Source: Lujinxingiaceae bacterium
Lineage (GTDB): Bacteria > Myxococcota_A > Bradymonadia > Bradymonadales > Bradymonadaceae
DNA length: 64,000 bases
Reading direction: 5' to 3'
Assembly: GCA_013697635.1 (NCBI GenBank)
Contig: JACCWM010000084.1
Location: 7,200-71,199, forward strand
The position numbers and the translations under genes were made by a program. This document shows positions 45,058-54,192 of this stretch, in pieces. The notes beneath the pieces were generated by a model, which saw nothing but the letters and a program-made list of their open reading frames with translations, had not been told where the DNA came from and ran no database searches. Position 1 is the stretch's first letter. Each line of letters begins with the position of its first letter.

Positions 45058-45927
45058 ATGAGCATGGATATAGAGGAGATCGCGATCAGGGTGTCGGGGC
45101 TGCAGGTGGCGGGGCGAGCCTGTGGACCCCGCGACGGCTATCCCGTGCTGTGTATGCACGGCTGGCTGGACAACGCGGCTAGCCTGGAGCCCTTGCTGGC
45201 GCTTTTGCCGGCGAGCTTTCGTTTTGTGGCGCTCGATCTGCCCGGCCACGGCCGCTCCGAGCACAAGAGTGAAGATGCCTCCTATCACTTCGTCGACTGG
45301 GTGGCGTCGGTGGTCGATGCGGCCGACGCGCTGGGCTTTGGGCGTTTTTCGATTCTGGCGCACTCGATGGGCGCAGCGATCGCGACGATGGTCGCGCCGG
45401 TGATCGCCGAGCGCGTCGAGCGCATGGTGCTGATCGACGGTCTAGGGCCGTGGACTCTGCCTGGCGAGTGTGCGCCCGAGCAGCTTCGGCGCGCGCTCTC
45501 GGCGCGCGCTGTGCTTGGCTCCAAGAGCGCGCGCCGCTTTGAGAACATCGAGCAGGCCGTGGCCGTGCTCAATCAGTCCTATGCCGACTTGTCGCCGCAA
45601 AATGTGCGCCGAATCGTCGAGCGCGGCAGCCGCCAGCTCGCCGATGGTGGGCTGAGTTTTAGCTACGATTTGCGCTTGCGGGGGGCCTCGATGATGCGCC
45701 TTAGCGAGGAGCAGGTCCGCGCGTTTTTGGCCGAGATCGGCTGCCCGGTGCTGATGGTGCGCCCGCTTCAAGGCTGGCCGCTCGATGCCGAGACTTTTGC
45801 GGCGCGCTTTGAGGCGATCAAGGGCGCCCGCTTGCTCGAGGTCGAGGGCGGCCATCACGTGCACCTCGAGGCGCCCGAGCGCATGGCCGAGGCGATCGGG
45901 GCATTTTTGCTCGAAGGACAGCCATGA
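45058..45927 (+). CDS. Alpha/beta-fold hydrolase
   Basis: PVLCMHGWLDNAAS...FSILAHSMGAAIA (nucleophile elbow)...GGHHVHLE. Confidence 0.85.
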   Translation: MSMDIEEIAIRVSGLQVAGRACGPRDGYPVLCMHGWLDNAASLEPLLALLPASFRFVALDLPGHGRSEHKSEDASYHFVDWVASVVDAADALGFGRFSILAHSMGAAIATMVAPVIAERVERMVLIDGLGPWTLPGECAPEQLRRALSARAVLGSKSARRFENIEQAVAVLNQSYADLSPQNVRRIVERGSRQLADGGLSFSYDLRLRGASMMRLSEEQVRAFLAEIGCPVLMVRPLQGWPLDAETFAARFEAIKGARLLEVEGGHHVHLEAPERMAEAIGAFLLEGQP

Positions 45928-47108
45928 GCACAGCGAGTGAGCGTGCTGAGATCTTGAAGCGGACGATGGTCTTTTCGGCCTTGTCCGAGGCGGATCTGCG
46001 CGCGCTGGCGCCGGTTTTTCGCCCGCGCGTGCTGGCCGATGGCCAACATTTGTTCAAGGCCGGCGAGCCGGGCGATTATCTGGCCGTGGTGGTGCGCGGT
46101 GTGCTGTGCGTGGACGTCTCGTCGACGCCGGCTGTGCGGGCGTCGGCCGGCGAGCTTGGGGCCTTTGATGTGGTCGGGGAGATGGCGTGTTTGGATCCGG
46201 CGCCGCGCTCAGCGAGCGTGATGGCGCGTGGCGAGGTGGAGGTGTTGATCTTGACGCGTGTGATGCTCGATGCGCTGCGAATCAACGCGGTCGGCCTCTT
46301 TGCCGCGGTGATAGGCGGGCTGTCGCGGCGCGTGACCGAGCGTGTGCGCGAGACGAATGCGCGCATCAGCAAGCTGTTGTGGGCGCGACGGGAGGCGATC
46401 AAATCGCCGGCCGGCTCGATTGAAGGCTATTTTTTGGATGCGGCGAGCCCGACGCTGCACCGGGGGCCGCTTGATCTGGCTTCGCTCGTGGCGCTTCGCT
46501 CCTTTGCGCCGGCCGAGCTCGGCGCGCTGCAAGGCGCGGCGCGCGCGCTGCACTTTGCCGACGGCGCGCTGCTTTGTCGGGAGAGCGATCCGGGTGCGAG
46601 CTGTTTTATCATCTGCCAGGGCCGCGCCGACGTCGTGAAGATCGTCGGCGGCCGAGCCTACAGCTTTGCCAGCATCGCTGAGGGTAGCCTGGTCGGCCAA
46701 ATGGCGCTGCTCGATCGCGTCGAGCGCTCGGCCACGGTGCGCGCGCGCGGTGAGCTGGTCGCCCTGGAGCTGTCGCGCGACAGCTTCGAGGCGCTCTTGA
46801 GAGCGCACAGCCCGCTGGCGGTGCGCTTTCAGGAGCTGGTCACGATTTCGGGCATCCGACAGCTTCGCCTGGCCAACGCCATGCTCGCGTTTTTGATTGA
46901 GCGCGGTGTTCAGACGCCGAGCGCTCTGGCAGCGCAGATGCCCGAGGTCGACGCGCAGCATGACGAGCTGGGGGCGCTGGCGCAGGCCTACTTGCAGACA
47001 GCGCTCGGGGAGTGGAACGTGACGCCCTCGGAGCTCAAGAATATCCGGGTGGCCAAGCTCGACGGGATGATCAGTCAGGCGGAGTTGCAGGGCCGGCTCA
47101 AGAAGTGA
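45924..47108 (+). CDS. Protein with two cyclic-nucleotide-binding (CAP effector-type) domains and no recognisable output domain
   Basis: Domain 1 FKAGEPGDYLAVVVRG...VVGEMACLDPAPRSASVMARGE. Domain 2 CRESDPGASCFIICQGR...LVGQMALLDRVERSATVRARGE. ATGA overlap with the hydrolase gene. Confidence 0.8.
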   Translation: MSTASERAEILKRTMVFSALSEADLRALAPVFRPRVLADGQHLFKAGEPGDYLAVVVRGVLCVDVSSTPAVRASAGELGAFDVVGEMACLDPAPRSASVMARGEVEVLILTRVMLDALRINAVGLFAAVIGGLSRRVTERVRETNARISKLLWARREAIKSPAGSIEGYFLDAASPTLHRGPLDLASLVALRSFAPAELGALQGAARALHFADGALLCRESDPGASCFIICQGRADVVKIVGGRAYSFASIAEGSLVGQMALLDRVERSATVRARGELVALELSRDSFEALLRAHSPLAVRFQELVTISGIRQLRLANAMLAFLIERGVQTPSALAAQMPEVDAQHDELGALAQAYLQTALGEWNVTPSELKNIRVAKLDGMISQAELQGRLKK

Positions 47109-47267
47109 GCTTGGGCGTGCGCGGAATAAAGCGGATTTGTCACGCGCTCTTGTCGAGAACGGAAAACACCCTCATAATCCGCCCGACCGTGGCCGATTTT
47201 TTGTTTTTCGCATCCCCTTAATAATACGTGTTCATTCACTGTGACCCTTTGACAACGGCATAAGACC

Positions 47268-48941
<1,674 letters not shown>

Positions 48942-48984
48942 TCGCGCGCGCGGCTCTAGTGCTGCTCTATAGCTTGATGACAAA

Positions 48985-49020
48985 CGCCGGTCCTTCTCAA
49001 CGAGGGGCCGGCGCTTTTTT
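48985..49020 (+). terminator. Rho-independent terminator after ettA
   Basis: cgccggtcct-tctcaacga-ggggccggcg stem (about 10 bp, GC-rich) followed by cTTTTTT. Confidence 0.75.
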
Positions 49021-49471
49021 GTGGGCTATTGGTCGTCGTCGTCGTCGCTTTCTTGCTCGGCCATGTCGAGCATCTCCTCGACCTGGCGGGCGTGCTCGGG
49101 CTCGAGGCCCACGATCATCTCGCCGAAGGCACGTCGCGCCTCGGTGAGGGTCATTCGATCTTTTTGAAATTCAACGCAAATCAAACACATGGCGTGGGCT
49201 CCTGTGGGTTGTGGCGCTGTGAAGGGACCAAACGGGTTGCGCCTGTTGCTCTCTCTTGCCCAAGGCTTGAACGCTTTGATGGGTGGCGTTCATTTCACGA
49301 TCAATAATGGACCCTTAGGGCAGGGTTGGCCACCGCGATGTGAAAATTGGCGGTGGCAGTGGCGTGGTTGTTGCCGCTTAGAGCGCGATGTTTACCTTGT
49401 GTGCACTCATTGAACAGTCAGGAAACATTCATGGTTTGTGTGTGTCAGGCATCAAAAATAGGGAGTGGTTC

Positions 49472-50275
49472 ATGCGTAAAACGAGCTTGTCGATAGGGTT
49501 GATGGTCGTGCTGCTCGGCGCAGCAGGGGTTTTGAGCACGGGTTGTCCGGGCACACGCCCGGGGCGTGTGGCGGCCGACGTTTTGGTGCCGCCCAGCGAG
49601 GAGACCCAGCTCGGCGAGCAGGTCTCGGCCCAGGTGGAGCGCGAGCTTCGCATGCATCCAAACGCCGAGGTGCAGCAGTACGTGCGAGGGCTTGGCGAGC
49701 AGATCGTGCGCGTGGCGGACAACGTGCCAGACGGGATCAATTTTACCTTTCAGGTCGTCGACGATAAGCAGACCTCCAACGCCTTTGCGCTGCCCGGCGG
49801 CTGGATCTACGTCTACAGCGGGTTGATGGCCAACATGGACAACGAGGCCGAGCTTATCGGGGTGATAGCGCACGAGGTTGCGCACGTGACCCGTCGCCAC
49901 GTTGCTCAGCGTCTGGTCACGCTCTACGGCGTCGATTTGCTCACGCGCATGGCCCTGGGCCAGGAGCCGGGGATCGTGCAAAGCGTCGTGGCGACGATCG
50001 TGCAGCAGGGATTCTTGCTTCGCTATAGCCGCGGCCAGGAGACCGACGCGGACAATATCGGTCTGACCTATATTGTGCGGGCAAACTACGATCCGCAGGG
50101 GTTCATCAGCTTTTTCCAGACGATGGTCGGCCAGCCCAGCCCGCCGACCTTCTTGCTCACCCATCCGGCGCCCGAGGATCGCATCCGCAATATCGAGGAG
50201 GCGATAGCCCAGATGAAGCAGGTGCCTACGCGCACCAATCGCGAGCGCTTCCAGGCGATCAAGAGCCAGCTCTAA
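49472..50275 (+). CDS. M48-family zinc metalloprotease lipoprotein
   Basis: Lipobox VVLLGAAGVLSTGC. NAFALPGGWIYVYSGL...VIAHEVAHVTRRH (HExxH)...GQETDAD. Confidence 0.85.
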   Translation: MRKTSLSIGLMVVLLGAAGVLSTGCPGTRPGRVAADVLVPPSEETQLGEQVSAQVERELRMHPNAEVQQYVRGLGEQIVRVADNVPDGINFTFQVVDDKQTSNAFALPGGWIYVYSGLMANMDNEAELIGVIAHEVAHVTRRHVAQRLVTLYGVDLLTRMALGQEPGIVQSVVATIVQQGFLLRYSRGQETDADNIGLTYIVRANYDPQGFISFFQTMVGQPSPPTFLLTHPAPEDRIRNIEEAIAQMKQVPTRTNRERFQAIKSQL

Positions 50276-51858
50276 TCGGCGTCATCCAGGCCGAGCTCGC
50301 CCATCACATCGGCTAGTACGCGCTCGACCTCCTGGCGATGAGGCCACAAGGTCGGGGCGTTCTTGAGCGCCATGTTCAGATCGCTTGCGGCTTCGTCGTG
50401 TTGCTCGAGGGCCATCCACATCGAGGCGCGCTTGAGATAGGCCGTGGGATAGAAGGGATCGATCGCGATGGCGCGATTCCAGTCCTCGACGGCGGCCGTC
50501 AAATTTCCCAGGAGCATCTGGGTGCCGCCGCGGTTGACATAGGCCTCGACATCCTCGGCGTCGAGGGCGATGGCGCGGTCGTAGTCGGCGATCGCCTCGT
50601 CGTAGCGCTCGAGTTGGTTGAGGGCGTTGGCGCGGTTGTAGTAATTGATCGGGTCCGCGGGCTGCAGGGCGATGGCCTGGCCGAAATCGTCGATCGCTTT
50701 GGTGACGAGCTGCAACTCCAGATAGAGGAATCCACGCGCGGCGAAGGCCTCGGCGTAGCGCGGGCGAAGGCCGATGGCGCGCTCGTAGTCCTTGAGCGCG
50801 GCCGGGGTGTTTGCGCGCACGCGCTGCAGGTTTGCGCGGTTGAAGAAGCCCTCGGGGCGCGTGGGTTCGAGCTCAATGGCCCGGTCGAATTCGACCAGGG
50901 CCTGGTCATGCTCGCCCAGGGCGAAGCGGGCGATCGCGCTGTTGGTCAAGAGCTCGGCGTTGTCGGGCGCCAGGGTGAGCGCCAGCGCGTAGTCTTCGCG
51001 CGCGCTGGCCAGCTCGCCCAAGGCGTGCTGGGTCAGGCCGCGGTTGATGCGCGCGATCAGGTGTGCGGGGTCGATGGCGAGCGCGCGGTCGAAGTCTTCG
51101 AGGCCGCCGGCTAGCTCTTCGAGCGCTGCGCGACAGATGCCGCGTTGGACGAGCGCCTCGAGGTGGTCGGGCTCGAGCTCGAGCACGCTGGTATAGGCCT
51201 CTTCTGCGCCTTCGAGGTCGGCCTGCTCGTAGAGCGTGTTGGCCAGGGCCAGGCAGCTCTCGATGCTGCGCGGCGTCAAGGCCTCGGCGGCCTGGAGCGC
51301 GGCCTGCTGGGCGTCGGCCTTGGCCTTGGCGTCAAAATCACGGATCAGATCGTGGGTGAGCTGCTCACTGAGTTGGCCAAGCTCATCGCCATGCTCGACG
51401 AGAAAGGCCAGGGCCTCGTCGAGGGCGCCGGTGAGCACGTCGCGCTCAGCGTGTGGGATCTCTTCGTAGCGGCCTGCCATCTTGCGAAGCGGCTCGAGCC
51501 AGGCGAGCTTCTCCTCGCTCGAGGCGGCCTCGCTTGCCCGCTCGCTGCGCGCTTCGAGCTCCTCGAGATCGTCGATCAGCTGGGCGAGTGTGCGCTCATG
51601 GTCGATGATCAGATCGAGGTTCATGCGCGTGAGCAAGACGTAGTGCGGGTCAAGGGCGGGGGCGCGCACGTACAGCCACCAGGCCAGGCGGTAGAGCACG
51701 TCGCTTGGGTGGTCGGTGCGCGTGAGCTCTTCGGGCAGCGCCTCGGCACGGGCGATCTGGGCGATGGCGCGCGCGATGAGCTGCTCGCTGGCGTCGGTGG
51801 CGGCCCTGAAATCTCGAAGTTGCGCTGCGATTGGATCTAGCGAGTCGCGCCAGGCCAT
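50272..51858 (-). CDS. TPR repeat protein (cytoplasmic)
   Basis: A series of canonical 34-aa repeats, for example AYTSVLELEPDHLEALVQRGICR... and AIALDAEDVEAYVNRGGTQMLLGNLTAAVEDWNRAIAIDPFYPTAYLKRA. Confidence 0.8.
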   Translation of the reverse strand: MAWRDSLDPIAAQLRDFRAATDASEQLIARAIAQIARAEALPEELTRTDHPSDVLYRLAWWLYVRAPALDPHYVLLTRMNLDLIIDHERTLAQLIDDLEELEARSERASEAASSEEKLAWLEPLRKMAGRYEEIPHAERDVLTGALDEALAFLVEHGDELGQLSEQLTHDLIRDFDAKAKADAQQAALQAAEALTPRSIESCLALANTLYEQADLEGAEEAYTSVLELEPDHLEALVQRGICRAALEELAGGLEDFDRALAIDPAHLIARINRGLTQHALGELASAREDYALALTLAPDNAELLTNSAIARFALGEHDQALVEFDRAIELEPTRPEGFFNRANLQRVRANTPAALKDYERAIGLRPRYAEAFAARGFLYLELQLVTKAIDDFGQAIALQPADPINYYNRANALNQLERYDEAIADYDRAIALDAEDVEAYVNRGGTQMLLGNLTAAVEDWNRAIAIDPFYPTAYLKRASMWMALEQHDEAASDLNMALKNAPTLWPHRQEVERVLADVMGELGLDDAD

Positions 51859-51957
51859 GGATTACCTCGTGCTCGGCGTGGCCAACATTGGCCGACGATT
51901 TTTGGGTGAGCGCGTGCGCTCAGAACCGCTTCAAGGCCCCGGGTTTACCGCTTCCCG

Positions 51958-51978
51958 CATGACAGTACAACTGTCATG
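51958..51978. repeat. Perfect 9-bp inverted repeat CATGACAGT-ACA-ACTGTCATG (candidate operator upstream of the TPR gene)
   Basis: Read directly. Lies 100-120 nt upstream of the TPR gene start (51858, minus strand). Confidence 0.4.
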
Positions 51979-52129
51979 TCGCGGGGGGCATTTCCATGGA
52001 TTGGGAGCAAAAAACGAGGCCCGAGAGAGCATTGGGCGAGGCGGGGAATGGGTGGGTGTGGGGCTGGAGCTGGAGCGCATAAGGCGTGAAGGACTCGGCT
52101 CCCCCCTTAGAGAGCCGAGTCGCTTCGTT

Positions 52130-52621
52130 CTAGAACTTCAGGTTGAGCACGCGCACCTGAACGGCCTTGGGCAAGTCGCGCTCCAAGTACTCCAGGCTTG
52201 CCATGCCGGCCTGGTCGTCGCGGGTGAGCGCGTCGATCAAGCCGACCGTGGCACCGAGCGCCAGACCGCCACCGGCGGTGTAGGCGATCACCCACGGGCT
52301 CCAGTCCTGGCCGCTAAGGAAGTAGCCACCGGTCCCGATCAGGGCACCGACGACACCACCGAGCAGGGCGCTGCGTGTCACGATCCAGGCCGTGCTCGGT
52401 CCACGCTGCTGGGTGAACTGCTGCTCCTGTTGCATGGGCTGCTCCTGGGGCGGAAACTGCTGGGCCCCGGGTTGTTCTTGCTGCTGCTGCTGCTGCTGAT
52501 CAATTCGCTCATCTTCGGTCTCGTAGCGGGTATCTTGCGCCCAGGCGAGACTCGAGCTCAGGGCCAGGCCCATAATCATGAGCAGCGCGGTAAAAAGTCG
52601 AATCAACGATGATGTGGCCAT
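52130..52621 (-). CDS. Secreted Gln-rich protein with glycine-zipper-like C-terminal half
   Basis: Signal MATSSLIRLFTALLMIMGLALSSSLAWAQ. DQQQQQQQEQPGAQQFPPQEQPMQQEQQFTQQ is encoded partly by a (CTG)6 run on the plus strand at 52483-52500. GGVVGALIGTGGY...AGGGLALGATVGL. Track ORF trimmed. Confidence 0.6.
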   Translation of the reverse strand: MATSSLIRLFTALLMIMGLALSSSLAWAQDTRYETEDERIDQQQQQQQEQPGAQQFPPQEQPMQQEQQFTQQRGPSTAWIVTRSALLGGVVGALIGTGGYFLSGQDWSPWVIAYTAGGGLALGATVGLIDALTRDDQAGMASLEYLERDLPKAVQVRVLNLKF

Positions 52622-53084
52622 GGTGCACCTCCTTACTGAGGAATCGCCTGCCACACTTTGGGAGCTGTTCGATGGCGTTGGAATTGGGCCGTAGAGACCG
52701 GGCCCATCCAATGTCTCGAAAACAGTAGGGTGGAGGCGAATTTCCATTAATTTTTTCCTGTCGAACATTCTTCCTGAGCGTTGGGCACCCAATGGAAGGA
52801 GCGGTCCGTGCGACGACAAATAGTGTGATACGTGCAAGCCTCAAAGTTTTGCCAACTCCAGGCTCATTATTAACATAATTACTGATAGTGGGTATTCAAT
52901 GGAGTTTGTCGGGGCGGGCAGGTGGCGCCCTTGGTGGTCAAGGCTTGAGACCGGGACGATGAAAAGCGGTGTAAACTCAAGTGTGTATTGACCGCAGCAA
53001 GGTTGCTCCCGTATGTTCTTCGCCCTGAATTGGGATGCGCGCGCTCAATTTTCGAGGCGCGTGGCCGACGACGTGACAAGAGCA

Positions 53085-53099
53085 GGCCTCGTCGAGGCC
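53085..53099. repeat. Perfect palindrome GGCCTCG-T-CGAGGCC about 60 nt upstream of the dehydrogenase gene
   Basis: Read directly. TAGAAT lies at 53110-53115. Confidence 0.35.
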
Positions 53100-53159
53100 G
53101 TTGTGCTCGTAGAATGAACAACGTGGCCATTGCAAAGTGGGCTGCATGAGGGAGTAGGC

Positions 53160-54176
53160 ATGAGTTTCAAAGTCTCGCTTATCCGTGGAGATGGCATCGG
53201 GCCGGAGATCGTCGACGCGACTGTGCGCGTTTTGGACGCCTTGCAGGCCGATATCGAGTGGGAGGAAGTGCGTGCCGGCTCGGGCGCCTTCAAAGATCTG
53301 GGAACACCGCTGCCCGAGGAGACGATCTCGAGCATCGGTCGAAACGGCGTGGTGCTCAAGGGTCCGCTGGAGACGCCGATCGGCACGGGGTTTCGCAGCA
53401 TCAACGTCACCATTCGCAAGCACTTTGACATGTACGCCAACGTGCGCCCGGCCAAGACTACGCCGGGTCTGGCGACGCGCTTTCAGGACGTGGCGATCGA
53501 CATGGTGATCGTGCGCGAGAACACCGAGGGCGCCTATGCGGGCATCGAGCATGTGATTCCGCCCAACCGTGCGGCCGCTGAGACGGTGATCTTGTGCACG
53601 CGCTGGGCCAGCGAGCGCATCGTTCGCCATGCCTTCGAGTACGCCAGGCGCTGCGGGCGCAAGCAGGTCACGCTGGTGCACAAGGCCAACATCTTGAAGG
53701 AGACCGGCGGTCTGTTTTTGGAGGTCGGCCAGACGATCGCGCGCGAGTACGACGACATCGCCTTCAACGACATCATCATCGACAATATGTGCATGCAGAT
53801 GGTGCGTCGGCCCGAGCAGTTCGATGTGATCGTGACGACCAATCTCTTTGGCGACATCCTCTCGGATCTGGCCGCCGGGCTGATCGGCGGGCTGGGGTTG
53901 ACGCCGGGGGCAAACATTGGCAACGGCGCCTCGATGTTCGAGGCCGTTCACGGCACCGCGCCCGACATTGCGGGCAAGGGCCTGGCCAATCCCACGGCGC
54001 TGCTGCGCGCGGCGGGCATGATGCTCGATCATCTGGGCATGGTCGACAAAGGCCGGCGTCTCGAGGAGTCGATCGCCGCGGTTTTGGCGCATGGCAAGGC
54101 GATCACGGGCGATCTCGGTGGGCGTGCGGGCACGGCGGAGTACACCGACGCGCTGATCGCCGAGATCGGCGGCTGA
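53160..54176 (+). CDS. Isocitrate/isopropylmalate dehydrogenase family enzyme, closest in motifs to NAD-dependent (IDH3-like) isocitrate dehydrogenase
   Basis: LIRGDGIGPEI...GPLETPIGTGFRSINVTIRKHFDMYANVRP...VIVRENTEGAYAGIEH...NLFGDILSDLAAGLIGGLGLTPGANIG...FEAVHGTAPDIAGKGLANP. Confidence 0.8.
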   Translation: MSFKVSLIRGDGIGPEIVDATVRVLDALQADIEWEEVRAGSGAFKDLGTPLPEETISSIGRNGVVLKGPLETPIGTGFRSINVTIRKHFDMYANVRPAKTTPGLATRFQDVAIDMVIVRENTEGAYAGIEHVIPPNRAAAETVILCTRWASERIVRHAFEYARRCGRKQVTLVHKANILKETGGLFLEVGQTIAREYDDIAFNDIIIDNMCMQMVRRPEQFDVIVTTNLFGDILSDLAAGLIGGLGLTPGANIGNGASMFEAVHGTAPDIAGKGLANPTALLRAAGMMLDHLGMVDKGRRLEESIAAVLAHGKAITGDLGGRAGTAEYTDALIAEIGG

Positions 54177-54192
54177 GCCCAAGGCCTTAAGG

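Noticed and set aside
52879-53130. 83-aa minus-strand ORF, and the 111-aa ORF at 52509-52844
   Set aside because: Both are Arg/Ser/Pro-rich with low complexity. They have no RBS, and one overlaps the real start region of the Gln-rich protein gene. They are probably non-coding.
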